A DNA stretch of 64,000 bases from contig OX597815.1 in the NCBI GenBank assembly GCA_951406725.2, forward strand, positions 119,908,001 through 119,972,000, read 5' to 3'. Position numbers and translations under genes: made by a program. Numbering within the stretch: position 1 is the first letter of the stretch; every line of letters starts with the position of its first letter. The stretch comes from Octopus vulgaris. Its lineage: Eukaryota. This document shows positions 24,928-38,745 of this stretch, one piece after another. Below the pieces are notes generated by a model. It saw only the letters and a list, made by a program, of their open reading frames with translations, had not been told where the DNA came from and searched no databases.

Positions 24928-25585
24928 TCGTCGTTGTCATTTAACGCCCGTTTTCCATGCTGGTATGGATTGGATGCTTTGACTGAGGACTGGCAAGCTA
25001 GTAGGCTGCACCTAGCTCCAGTCTGATCTGGCAAGGTTTCTACAGCTAGATACCCTTCCTAACACCAACCACTCCGAGAGTGTAGTGCGTGCTTTTTATG
25101 CGCCACTGGCATGAGTGCCAGTCAAGCAGTACCTGCATTGACCACATTTGGACTGTGGTTTTTATGTGCCACTGGTGCGGGGAGCCAGTTAGGTGACACT
25201 GACATCCGTGTATATATATATATTGGGCCTAATGGAGGCAAAGTGGCTGAGTTCCTTTTGAGTATTGGGCCTCACGGAGGCAATGAACAAGACTTTTGCC
25301 ATTATGCTGTGCTTGAGAAGAAGACCCATGAAGCTGAGCAAAATCGCAGTCTTGGCAGATACTGGTGTCACAGAAGTGACACCCGTGCTGGTGGTACATA
25401 AAAGTACCCATTACACTCTTGGAGTGGTTGGCGTTAGGAAGGGCATCAAGCTATAGAAAACCATGCCAAATCAGACTGGAACCTGGCGCAGCATTCCAGC
25501 TCCATACCAGCCCAGTCAAACCATCCAACACATGCCAGCATAGACAACAGATATTAAATGATGATGATGATGATGATGATGATTA
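24925..25585. mobile_element. Two RTE 3' remnants in opposite orientation
   Basis: Minus copy ~24925-25200 and plus copy ~25222-25585, each with a GAT-type tail. Confidence 0.7.
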
Positions 25586-25591
25586 TATATG

Positions 25592-25628
<37 letters not shown>

Positions 25629-26859
25629 ATTCTTGTACTTTTGTTGTGTATATATATATATATATATATATTAATTCTAGAGTATATTCTATTAATGGAA
25701 TTGTTTGAGTTTTCAACCTTCACATTCTGTTTTTATTTCTAAATTCTTATTCTTAGACAGCTCCTCTTGCTCATTCAGGGAAATGTTTTTCTTTCACTGG
25801 AACTGAAATTCCTATTAACGGGAGCTCTCCTCACTCTCCCCTGCTCTCTCTCCCTCCCTCTCCATCTCTCTCTCACTCTCACTCTCTGAGGGCCTTTACA
25901 ATAGCAGCTGTATCTCAGTAACAATAATTGAAACTTCTATTTAGCAGGAAATTGTTCTCTCTGTGGTTCTTAACAATAACAGATAGAAAGATGTTTTATT
26001 TGACTGTCTACAATAATATGACAGAATGGCAAATAATATAAAGCTGAAAGTTAGACAATCAGAAAAAGGTAGTGTTCTTAGTCTAAGTTGTCTTCTACGA
26101 CTTTGCTTTTTCAAAAGAAAAACAGAGAATAGAGAATAACATTGAAGATAAGAAAATCACATGACAGAACATGAAATATAGAATGAAATACAATTCAAAA
26201 ACAAGCATAGAAATATTATATATAGAATATAAACAAAAATGTATTCGTCATCATCATCATCAGTATCTGTGTCATTGTCATTGTCATTGTCATCACCACT
26301 GTCATCGTTGTTGTTGTCCTCATTGTTGTCCTCGTCATTGTCATCATCGTTGTCATCATCGTCGTCGTCGTCGTCGTCCTCCTCCTCCTCCTCAGCGTCG
26401 TGGTTGTCATCATTTATTGTCCCCTTTTCTATGCTGGTATGGGTCGGCTAGTTTGACAGAAACCACCAAGCCAAAGGGTTACAATGATCTCCTGTATCTG
26501 CTTCGGTATGGTTTCCACTTTTGAATGCTGTCCAACCATTTTACAGAGTGTACCAGAGACACACGTGGACACACACACACACACACACACTGGCACTCCA
26601 TTGGTTACAACAGCGAGTGTTCCAATTGATCTGATCAATGGAACAGCCTGCTCACGAAATTGACATGCAAGTCGCTGAGTGCTCGACAGACATAGTTCTC
26701 AGGGAGAGTCAGTATGATACAGAATGTAAAAAGGCTGAAGCTTTTGAATTACAGGTTCAACTCATCTTTGCCAGCTGAGTGGAGGAGAGCCACATGAAAT
26801 AAAATGTCTTGCTCTGGGACACAACACACCACTGGGAATACCCAAGCTTATGCAGATAT

Positions 26860-27200
26860 GTATCCATAATACCCAAGCTTATGCAGATATGTAACATACA
26901 TTCTTGGACTAACTTCTAGCTGTTTTGCAATGTCAGAAGCCTTTGAACAGGTTCATTTTCCACAATTCTCTTCAAACAGTGACGTTTCCTTTCTGAGGGC
27001 CCAGCTAGGCTGGGATGAGAATTTGTTGATTCTTTTCCTTGGCTTTTGAATTGCACTATAATTCTATTAACAGTAGCAAGAGGAATTTGAAGATTTTCGG
27101 CAACTTTCTGCTGGCTAACACCAGCCTCATATTGCCCAACAATATGACGTTTTTGAAAATCTGACAGTTCTACTGAATTTTTTGTGCATGGTATGGTTAC
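26860..27200 (-). mobile_element. Tc1-family transposase N-terminal HTH fragment
   Basis: ELSDFQKRHIVGQYEAGVSQQKVAENLQIPLATVNRIIVQFK..LKRIVENEP, frameshift, ASDIAKQLEVSPR..YLHKLGYYG. Confidence 0.7.
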
Positions 27201-28949
27201 TCGTCACAAATGTTTAATAATGGCACCTGGAATGAAAAAGAATAATTACATTGTAAATTCTACATCCCTGATAACATATTAAGATGCTTAGATCAGAAAT
27301 TTTGAAAATTAAAGATGTCTATTTACTTCCTGCATGTTTGTGTATGTTGAGGTTGACTATGATTTCCATTTTCACTTAATTTGAACCTTATTCCTACATG
27401 CACACACCACACACAGACCCATGCACATGCACACCCACACATACATGCGCGCATGCACGCACACACACACAAGTTGGTGTCTTAAAAGCAATATAGAAAC
27501 TAGAAACATTCTCTGTGAAAGGACTCAATGCAGGTGTGAAATCTAATTATTTTATTAGACAGAGATACAGAGTAACTGATCCAGTGTAAATATTTCAAGC
27601 TACCACTAGGTTATCTGAAATTGTTTGAACATTAAAAAAAAAAGTACTGCAGAAAAGAAACACAAACAAACATGACGTGAGTTGCAGAAGAAGGTTAGAA
27701 AGTAACAATGAGATTGATGTAATGTCTTACAAAGGAATCATGTGCGAGGCTGAGAAATAGTGAGATATATTTATCAAGATAATTGATGTGGCTAATGTTT
27801 CTTGACACAGAGGAATATTTTCTGTGGCTCATCCCAGCCAAATACTGACTATCATAATGGAAATTTCTTGGAGGATTATGGAACTCCTGGTCCATTATGA
27901 TCCAGTTTTAGATGAAAGTATTATGAAACTTAGAGTTTTGCAAGGAAAAGATAGATGGTTTCATATTCACTTACTATTAGGGTTATCTAAAATTAAAATA
28001 ATCATTTCATTTTTTAGGTTGTATCTTGGGAGGGTCATTATGCCAATTATAAACACACATACTGCTTTTATTTCACTTCTTTTATTATCCTTCATCAGCT
28101 AGTTATCAATTTAACTAATGAACTAATCAATTATTTGACTAGTCATTTTTTCTCTCAATAAATCACCTAGGTTCATAAGACTCTTTTTGTCTCCATTTGC
28201 AACCTGGTCAGTGATATGCACTCTCTATTTCAGGGCTGCTGTGGACTATCTGTCTCCTTTATATTTGCATAATGACCCTTCCAAGATACAATAAAATCTG
28301 TTTCAACACATGAGTTCACAACAAGAATCTTGCAAACCAAATGCAAAAAGATACAATCAGTAACTGCACAGATTAAGTTTGGAATATTTTTGCGGTGAAA
28401 TAAAAGCTGCAATTATGGTAATCCAATGAATTTTAACCATTCAAACATCGTGGAGCAGTTTTTCATCCATTATTTAGCCAAAGGTAATATGCAATTTGCA
28501 GTTTCAGAATGATTTAAAATCTTTGTTGATTGTTGCAAGAAGATGAGAGCTGAATTAACAAACCTAATTTTGGAGATATTCAAAATATTTTGTGGTGCTT
28601 ATTAAAAATTGTCATGTACTGAATTATGATTATACAACCAACGTGTCTGGCATGTAGAATCGTACCTAAAAGGACATTATTGCTGTTAATCCACTGGGCA
28701 ATGATTATTCTTGTGTCGGCCTTTTGCTAAACCCTCACACGTATTTATATGTACATACATACATATATACACACACATATACACATATACACACACACAC
28801 ACACATACATACATACATACATACATACATACATACATACATACATACATACATACATACGTGTGTGTGTGTGTGTGTGTGTGCGTGTGTGTCTATGGGT
28901 CAGATCCCATGGCATATTACATATATACTTGGAGTAGTGCAAACAGTTT

Positions 28950-29270
28950 AGAATTTGCTTTCTTACAGTCTTCACTGCTGGACTATTCTTGAGGAACCTG
29001 TGGGTGAATCCATCCATGCTGTCAGGTGATTGTTGAGTGGATCAAATGTCAAGTGTGCAACCATCTGCTGCCCATCTTGCAAGAATACAATATGTACTAA
29101 AGAAATTTCTACCTCTCAACCTTGTCAAAAACTGCTAATGAATTTGAAGATGTAATGAAATATCTGTCTTCCTTCATTTGTATCCTACTGACATCAATGT
29201 CGCTGAAGTTCTCATACAAATCAACATAAGAAATAACATTAACCAGGTCTGAGATGCAACAGCAAACACA
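28950..29270 (+). pseudogene. Decayed RING-HC plus zinc-finger coding relic
   Basis: Across frameshifts: CWTILEEPV..H../IVEWIK/..CCPSCKNTICTKEI..LLMNLKM**NIC..Y*HQC. Confidence 0.45.
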
Positions 29271-29559
29271 GGAGACTCAAATGTAGCATTGTTCTTTAAT
29301 TAACTGTGGGGGATGGTTATCCATTTTATCCATCCATCCATCCGTTCATCCGTCTGTCCGTCTGTCTGTCCGTCTATCTGTCCATCCATTCATCCATCTA
29401 TCCATTCATCCATCCATCCCAACCGACCACAAAGCCAGCCGGCCAGCCTGCCATCCATTCACTTTCTCTGCCCACTATTCTCAGGAGGGTCTCTTCTACA
29501 TGGTCCTAAAAGCAACTGTCATTACATTTCCTGGTGGCTGGATCCCCAAACATGACCAA

Positions 29560-29850
29560 CTGAGACTATGAATGTTATCCAACCATCTTATTCTTGGTCT
29601 ACCCCTAGATCTCCTACTATTTGGCTCAACTTGAAACATCTGTCTTGTGATTCTTTCCAGTAACATTCTGATCACATGACTTTAGAATCAGAGCTGTTAC
29701 TTCACAATGTGGAGAAGTAACAGCTTGACTTGGAGAGACTCCCTGATCTCTGAACTATGCACCCTGTTAAGTTAAGTTATTCCAGAGATCCTTTGGAAGA
29801 ACTCCCTTTCATCTGCTTGTATTCACAATCATAGTCTCTCCTTGTACTCA
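29560..29850 (-). mobile_element. Divergent RTE ORF2 C-terminal fragment
   Basis: IQADEREFFQRISGIT*LNRVHSSEIRESLQV..SHVIRM..RRSRGRPRIRWLDNI. Confidence 0.65.
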
Positions 29851-30389
29851 TCCAATTTAAATAAAACAAAAGCTGGTGGCTTAAGACAACAGTAAAGCAG
29901 TTTGATGTTGCAAACACAATTAATAGATTCTTCTAAGTTCTGTGGTAATATTGGTTTCAAATTTTGGCACAAGGCCAGTAATTTCTTGGAAGAATGTAAG
30001 TCAATTACATCAACTCTAGTTCTCATCTGGTGCTTCTTTTATCAACCCCAAGAGGATGAAAGGCAAAGTCGACCTCAGCAGTATTTGAACTCAGAACATA
30101 AAGATGGATGAAATGTTGCTGAGTGTTTTTCCAAGGTATGCTAATTCTGCCAGCTCACTGTCTTTTATTGTTCTGTGGTAATACTGAAGCATGACAGAAG
30201 AGGACCTTAGGCTTACATGCTTAAGATTATTGGACAAATACTCAGATAATTTCAGAAACTATCAACAGAAGAGGAAATAAAGCATCTTATGACAATACAT
30301 GCATCATACTTTGGTGAAGATATGAGGTCGCATAAACTTTTAGATACAATAGAAATGTACAAGTGAGATGATATATTTTGAAAGTTGTG

Positions 30390-30620
30390 TGTTGTAAATA
30401 TTCTGTACATTATCAGTTTTTGTAGTATCTGCTGAGAGCATTTTTGACAAACTAAAGCTCATTAATAGCTTCTTGAGGAACATGATGACATAGGAAAGAC
30501 TGAATGACCTAGCTGTCCATAGAATTGAGAACAAACTTAAAGGAGAACGGATTTCAATGAAATAAAGAAAAAATGCAAAAATTTCTGCTTTGAAAAGGAT
30601 ACACAAAGCATGTTTTCTTT
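30390..30620 (+). mobile_element. hAT transposase dimerisation-domain fragment
   Basis: VVSAESIFDKLKLINSFLRNMMT*ERLNDLAVHRIEN matches the hAT SAERSFSKLKLIK..LRSTM..ERL..LA motif. Confidence 0.75.
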
Positions 30621-31999
30621 AGCTATATGAATTTTCAGTTCTGCATTAGGAAACTCATTAAAGTTATTCTTGATAATGTGTTTAAACTTTCAATAAATTA
30701 TCCATCTAATTGAACAGATGTTTACTTTTTTTTAATATTTTCACAAAATCATATCATTGATTGTTAAAGACCTTTATTCATGGGAAATTTCACAATGGAA
30801 ATAGGTTCTTAACACTATGAGTTAGTTATCTAAAGACTAGAAATATTGCTAAAATTGCAAAAAGTCTAGTGTCTCCAAATCTTAGACTCTTGTACATGCT
30901 GGAAATAGAACAAAGCATGTGCCCTTAGTTCTAGCACCAGACTTCACTACTGCACTTAGTTAGTAGTCTTAATCTGTGTGTGTGTGTATAGATGTTCTCA
31001 TGGATAGGCGTTCTTAAAATCCTCTGTCTTGGCCATTAAACTCTAATAAATAGATGGAGATCAAGAATCAAGCCTTAATGAACACATGCTTGCATACTGA
31101 AACAGCTAGTAACTCCCACTTTCTGACAGTATTTCTGTCCATGACATGCATGGCTCTCACAAAGCACTGCACACAGTCAAAAAATACTAGGTATAATGGC
31201 TTGATATATGCTAATAACTTCTGCTGTAGTTATCTCATTGGAAAGAGGGTGTCAGTAATTTTTCATTTCAAAACCTGGACTGTATCACATTAGAAAAAAG
31301 GTATTAGTTGCCCCCTGTACCAGTACAACCACGAACTGTATCTCATCTAAGTTAGTTAATTATCTTCTTTATTGGTTGTGTTACAACTTGTTATGTTACT
31401 TTCAGAACTCAATGACTTCTGTAGTAAAGAAAAACTAATATTAGTCAAATATTATTATTATTATTTTCATTTATTTTACAAATATGGGAGACAACTACTG
31501 ATGTGTTTCAATATTATTCTAACCTTTTTAGTGAAATATAGCATTTTCCCCATACTTGTCAAAGGAGTGATGAGGGAATCATTAAATAATGCATAACATT
31601 GTACATTAATTCTATAGTCAATGCTGGAAAGTCCATGGTCATAAAAGAGCTCAGCCAATTTACAACAATTGCTAATAATTTGCTGGTATTGGTCAACAAA
31701 ATCGCTTACAAAATACTTAAGATAGGAACATCAGTTACATGAAAAATAAAAGTTATTATTAACATATTTAATGCAAGTAAAAACAAAAAAGTTAAATTAC
31801 ATTACAAGTAAACAACTTTTGTTGCCAAAACATTCATCAGATTTCTACTTGAAACAAAAGTCTTTCTTGTCATATAAGACACAAAAATTAGATTGGTAGC
31901 ATCAAATACTGCAAACTATAGAAGGGACAAGAAAGGATATTTAGCCTGTTTCTAGTGATGTTTAAATTCCTCCTGTTAGAAAACAAAATTATGTAACAA

Positions 32000-32016
32000 A
32001 ATTATTATTATTATTA

Positions 32017-32062
<46 letters not shown>

Positions 32063-32121
32063 AAGAATTAATTATTAAAATAAAAGAATTAATTATTATT
32101 ATTATGATTTTTATTATTATA

Positions 32122-32157
<36 letters not shown>
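32000..32157. repeat. (ATT)n microsatellite
   Basis: Directly visible. Confidence 0.95.
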
Positions 32158-32610
32158 GAGTGAGAGAGCAGTGCATGCCATCAAAGTGACACTGGGGTAA
32201 AATATACGAAGCCCAGTATATTCATCATGACTACTCATCTAATAAGGGTACACCAGGCACATGCATCACAACCATGTGTGCGTGACATGGTGATCTCATA
32301 TCAGGATTAACAGTGCAGGACCTTGCAGTTAGAATTTTCTTTAGGTTGAGTAGCCCATCCTGCTCAAAAAGTCCCTGAATAAGGGTTGTTTAAGGATGTT
32401 GAATGAAACACACATGCTTCCAAAGATGAATTATCCAAACCCCAAAGAATTTTTCTCAACATATGGCTATGATGCTCCCCCACTACTTCTGCTCAGGGTC
32501 AGAGATGCACATATCGTCAGCCTCTAAGGGACATGCACAACTGGTTAAGGTCTAACAACTGACAAGCAAATCTGTGGTATTGAGCAGAATATTTGCTGTA
32601 GCCCATCTTG
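32158..32610. mobile_element. Unclassified ~450-bp insertion between (ATT)n tracts
   Basis: More GC-rich block with sharp edges and (ATT)n on both sides. Confidence 0.45.
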
Positions 32611-33131
32611 TTATCATTTTGATTATTATTATTATTATGATTATGATTATTATTATGAACATTTGTTGGTAATAAGTTTACCTGGCAAAAAAAAGAGGGG
32701 GAGAAGAGAGGGAGAGAAGGAGAGAGAGAGAGAGAGAGAGAGAGATGTAGACATGTTCAGCTGCATTATTGAATTTCATATTTAGAATAATAATCAGTAT
32801 TTAATTAACAAGCAGATGTCTTGGTTTAAACATAGGCACTAAGTCAGATATTTTGTAAGAAGTAACTAACAGAGAATTCTATATCTTTTTATAACTTTGA
32901 AGTTTTACTTTGCCAAAGAAATAATTAATTATATACCAGATACACACACACACATAAACACAAGCTATATACTTTTTTGTGATGGTTGTGAGGTTAAGAA
33001 GCTCACTTTGCAACTACATGGTTCTGGGTTCAATTCCACTCTGCACTGCTTTGGGCAAATGTCTTCTACTATAGCCCCAGACCAATCCCTCAAGAATGAA
33101 CTTAGTAGATGGTAACTGTGTGGTATATGTG

Positions 33132-33190
<59 letters not shown>

Positions 33191-33424
33191 TTGTGTGTGT
33201 GTTTGTGTGTGTGTGTGGGGGGGCATACACGTGTCTTTGTGTTTCTGCTTGTTCATCTGTCTTCCACTTGACAACTGGTGCTGGTTTGTTTATGTCTCTG
33301 CAACTTAGCACTGTGGTGAAAGAAACCAATGGAATAAGTACTGGGATCGATTTCTTCAACTAAACCTTCCAAGATGGTGCTCCAGCATGACTGAAAACAA
33401 ATAAAAGATTACTTTTTATATGTT

Positions 33425-34335
33425 ATATGAATACACGACAGAGTGTAAGCACCCTGAAAGGTAAGTTGGACAAAAGAAGTATCAGATGTGGTGTGCAAGA
33501 GAGTCGACTGTGCTGGTATGGTCATGTGTTGCATATGGATGAAGACAGCAGTGTGAAAAAGTGTCATACCCTAGCAGTAGAGGGAACCTGTGGAAGAGGT
33601 AGACCCAGGAAGACCTGGGATGAGGTAGTGAAGCATGACCTTTGAAAGTTGGGCCTCAGGGAGGTGATGACAAGTGACCAAGACCTTTGGAGATATGCTG
33701 TGCTTGAAAAGACTCGGCAAGCCAAGTGAGACCATAACTGTGCCCCATGCCAGTGCAGTATAACCAGCCCATTTAAGAGTAGCCTTCAATCATTGGGCAA
33801 TAAATTGTACTTGCAAAGACCTGTTGAGTCTAGTGAAGTTGTTGTCATGGCCAATGACAGTACCACCTGATTGGCACCCGTTCTGGTGGCACGTAAAAAG
33901 CACCATTCGAGTGTAATCAATGCTAATGCCGCCTAACTGGTCCTGTGCCAGTGGACATAAAAAGCACCATTCGAATGTGATTGGTGCCAGTGCCACCTGA
34001 CTCACTCCCATGCTGGTGGCATGTAAAAAGCACCATTCGAGTCTGGTCGATGCCAGTGTCAGCTGACATGTCCCATGACAGTGGCACGTAAAAAGCACCA
34101 TTCAAGCATGATCGATGCCAGTACCACCTGACTGGTTCTTGTGCTGGTGGCATGTAAAAAGAACCCACTACACTTTCACAGTGGTTGGCATTAGAAAGGA
34201 TATCTAGCTGTAGAAACTTTGCCAGATCAGATTGGAACCTGGTGCAGCCTTCCGGCTTGCCAGCCCTCAGTCAAACCATCCAGCCCATGCCAGCATGGAA
34301 AGCAGGTGTTAAACGATGACGATGATGATGATGAT
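33425..34335 (+). mobile_element. RTE LINE 3' end (ORF2 C-terminus plus UTR repeat array)
   Basis: RLCWYGHVLHMDEDSSVKKCHTLAVEGTCGRGRPRKTWDEVVKHDL; about five to six UTR units; GAT tail. Confidence 0.85.
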
Positions 34336-35912
34336 GTGTATATATAGGCACAGGTGGACATGTGTGGTAAGAAGCTTGCTTCCCAGCCTCATGGTTCCAG
34401 GTTCACTACTATATGGTATCTTGGGCAATTGTCTTCTACTAAAGCCTTGGTCCAACTGAAACTTTGTGAGTGGATTTGGTAGACAGAAACTGAAAGGAGC
34501 CTATCATACACACACACATTTATATATGTATGTGTGTGTGTGTATTTATGTGAATGTGTCGGTGGTTGTGTTTGTCACCCCACTTGCTTGACAACTGACG
34601 TTGGTGTGTTTACATCCCTGTAACTTAGCAGTTCGGCATAAGAGACTGATAGAATAAGTATTTGGCTTACAGAGAATAAATCCTGGGGCCGATTTCTTCA
34701 ACGTTCCAGCATAGCCGGCCACCAACAAATGACTGAAACAAGTAAAAAAAATAAAAGAATAAAAAAATACAATGTGTAAGAGCACCTGCATTGTGTAGAT
34801 ATGTTTACAAATATAGATAGATATTTGCATATTCATTGATCTCTTTGTTTGTTTTTTTTGTACATCTATCCGTGGTATGGATGAATGCATATCAAGACCC
34901 TGTTTTACTGCTGGATGCTATGCCCTTCATGTCATTAACCCTTATCTCCCTTTCGTTTTCCTTCTTTTTCAAGTAATGAATATTTTATTTCACTCATCTT
35001 CAAGACTACAAAACTATGCCAGGTTTTGTTAGCAGCGAATATCAACAAATGCCACTATAGATTTTCCTATCAATGCTTTCATGCAACAACACAAGGTAGA
35101 TATTTGCACAACACATATACACTCATGCCCATATACATACTTGGTGAAGTTGTTAGAACGTTTGATAGAAAAGTGCTATGCGAATATTGTAAAATGGTAC
35201 ATGCACACACACACACACCATCATCATCATCGTCATTGTTGTTTTTGTCATCGTTGTTGTTATTACCACCATTATTTAACGTTCGCTTCCCATCCTGATA
35301 TGTGGTTCAACTGGAGCCTACGAACTAGAGAACTACACCAAGATATGTCTGTTTTGGCTTGATTTCTATGGCTGGATGTCCTTCCTAACACCAGCCACTT
35401 TACAGAGTGTATTGTGAGCTTTTTACGTGGTACCAGCACCAGTGAGGTTACCATGTAACTTGCATGACAGGACTCCTCAAATGAGGGTGGGGAGCAGCAT
35501 AGAGGAAAGTGGTTTTATGCTAGATGATGAGAGATTACAGTATGATAGAAGGACAAGAACAGGTGTCTTGCTGTAGAGGAGATACAAAGGTACCCTGGTT
35601 GGAAGATCTGTCCCCTCTCAGATTCAGTGGGATGAATATAAAAGGAATGATTGCTTAGGCATCACTCCTTTAATAACCAGTTGTGAGAACTCAATTTACT
35701 TATGCTTTAGAGTAAACCATCAGATGAGTGAAGCATATAATAGTAATTAATGAATAAAAAAAGAACAGAAATTATGCAATCACTTACATAAGGCTCCAAG
35801 GAAGCTACAAGATCTTGTACAAACACTCAGCTCTGTGTGCAAGCTTCATAAAGCAGTAACAGCTGTAAGCTTTTGGAAGTGAATAAATAACTCCTATTCC
35901 TTCATCATATCT

Positions 35913-38025
35913 TCATCATCATCATCATCGTTTAACGTCCGTTCTCCATGCTAGCATGGGTTGGACGGTTCGACCGGGGATCTGGGAAGCCAGAAGGCTG
36001 CACCAGGCTCCAGTCTTATCTGGTAATGTTTCTACAGCTGGATGCCCTTCCTAACGCCAACCACTCCGTGAGTGTAGTAGGTGCTTTTTATGTGCCACAT
36101 GCATAGGTGCCAGGCGAGGCTGGCAAAGGCCATGGTTGGATTGGTGCATTTTACGTGCCACTGGCATGGAAGCCAGTCGAGGCGGCACTGGCATCGGCCA
36201 TGATTTGGATGGTGCTTTTTACGTGCCACCGGCACAGAAGCCAGTCGAGGCGGCACTGGCATCAGCCACGATTTGGATAGTACTTTTTACGTACCACCAG
36301 TCCAGGGGTCCTGGCATCTGCCGGGTGCCAGTCATAGGATTGGTTCAATTTCGATTTCGATTTCAATTTTGATTTTGATTTTGATTTCGATTTCACTTGC
36401 CCCAACAGGTCTTCGCAAGCAAAGGGGGCATGGGTGCCTGTCATCGGATGAGGTTCGATATCAACTTCACTTGCCTCAACAGGTCTTTGTGTGTCCAAGG
36501 GAGGAAAGGCATGCATAAGTGGGCTGGACTCACTTGTCCTGCCTGGTCTTCTCACGCACAGCATATTTCCAAAGGTCTCGGTCGCTGGTCATTTCCTTAG
36601 TGAGGCCTAAAGTTCGAAGGTCGTGCTTCACCACCTTGTCCCAGGTTTTCCTGGGTCTACCTCTTCCACGGGTTCCCTCAACTGCTAGGGATTGGCACTT
36701 TTTCACACACCTATCTTCATCCATTCTCGCCACATGACCAGCGCAATCGTCTCTCTTGCACACCACAACTGATGCCTTTTAGGTACAACATTTCTCTCAA
36801 GGTATTAACGCTCTGTTGAGTATGCACACTGACATTACACATCCATCGGAGCATACTGGCTTCATTCCTCGCGAGCTTACGCATGTCCTCAGCAGTCACG
36901 GCCCATGTTTCACTGCCATGTAGCATGGCTGTTCGTACACATGCATCATACAGTCTGCCTTTTACTCTGAGTGAGAGGCCTTTAGTCACCAGCAGAGGTA
37001 AGAGCTCCCTAAACTTTGCCCAGGCTATTCTTACTCTAGCAGTTACACTTTCAACGCACCCACCCCCACTACTGACTTGGTCACCTAGATAACTGAAGCT
37101 ATCAACTACTTCTAGTTTTTCCCCCTGGAAAGTGACGGAAGTTGTTTTCTGCAGATTTTCAGAGTTTATTGCTCCTGAGCATCTGCCACATACAAAAACT
37201 ATCTTCCCAGTTAGCCTTCCTTTGACATTGCTGCACCTCTTATGTGTCCATAGCTTACACTGGGTACATCTTATAGAGTTTCTACCTACACCTTTTTTAC
37301 AGATCAAGCAGGGCCATCTTCCTGAAGACATTTGTGGATTGTATACCTTCCTACTTATTTGTACTTTGGTTTTAGCTAGGTTGACTCTAAGGCCCCTCGA
37401 TTCTAAACCCTCCTTCCACACCTGGAACTTCCCCTCCAGTTCTGATAGTGACTCAGCAATTAGAGCAAGGTCGTCAGCATAGAGGAGCTCCCAGGGGCAA
37501 CATGTCTTGAATTCCTCTGTAATTGCCTGGAGGACTATGATAAATAGGAGGGGGCTGAGTACTGAACCCTGGTGGACCCCAACCTCTACTTTGAATTCTT
37601 ATGTGTACATGTTGCCAACCCTCACCTTACTTATGGCATCCCTGTACATGGCTTGCACTGCCCTCACCAGCCATTCATCTATCCCTAGTTTCCTCATTGA
37701 CCACCAGATAAGGGATCGGGGGACCCTGTCAAAGGCTTTCTCCATGTCAACGAAAGCCAGGTACAGGGGCTTACCTTTGGCTAGGTATTTCTCCTGCAGC
37801 TGTCTCACCAGAAATATGGCATCAGTGGTGCTTTTCCCTGGCATGAAACCAAACTGCATCTCATCCAAGTTGACTCTCTCCCTAATCAGTTGGGCTATGA
37901 CCCTCTCTGTAACCTTCATTACCTGATCCAACAGCTTGATACCTCTGTAATTATTTGTATCTAGGGCGTCTCCTTTACCTTTGTAGCAGTTGACTAGTAA
38001 GCTGCTACACCAGTCATTGGGTATG
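35913..38025 (-). mobile_element. RTE-clade LINE, 5'-truncated, with reverse transcriptase (one stop, one frameshift)
   Basis: NYRGIKLL, QFGFMPGKSTTDAIF, AFVDMEKAFDRV, GVHQGSVLSPLLF, LLYADD (~37470), YLG, GRGRPRKTW; 3' UTR and (GAT)n tail. Confidence 0.95.
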
Positions 38026-38107
38026 CATATATATTTTCGTAAGTGGAAACTGTCAGAAGCCCATCATATGTGTATGTGTGTGTGTATAAGCGTGTCTGTG
38101 TGTGCGT

Positions 38108-38158
<51 letters not shown>

Positions 38159-38628
38159 GTAAGCATGGCTATATGGTTAAGAAGCTTGCTTCCCAGCCAT
38201 GTCGTTTTGGGTTCAGTCCCACTGCATGTCACTTTGGGAAAGTGTTTCCTAATATAGAATTAGCCAGACCAAAGCATTGTGTCATGCCTCCCACTCCCCA
38301 CACACATACATACATCATGGTACCATGGTATCATGATATCTACCTGACAACTGGATGTTGTTATACATTACTTGTCACAATGCACTTCGCATTATTTTAG
38401 CTTTTGAATGCTGCCACTCTGCTGGCTAGGCTAACAAAGTGGCACCATTCCCACTGATCAGAAGGCTAGTCTATTTCAGGGTTACCCATTTACAGCTGAG
38501 CAGAGTGGAGCATTGTGAAATAAAGTGTACTCAAGGAAACAACTCACCACCTGGTCAGGAAATCAAAGCCTCAATCTTGCAATTAAGAGTTCAGTGCCCT
38601 AACTACAAGTCTCTGTTCTTTGATACGT

Positions 38629-38726
<98 letters not shown>

Positions 38727-38745
38727 ATGTACATATGTATGTATG

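Noticed and set aside
32672-32700. Minus-strand polypyrimidine-CAG|GTAAAC recursive splice-like site
   Set aside because: Pyrimidine tract comes from a (GA)n repeat, donor is weak, and no host gene is established
33860-34170. CRISPR-like regularly spaced repeats
   Set aside because: The spacers are homologous to each other, there are no cas genes, and the array sits in a LINE 3' UTR in eukaryotic DNA
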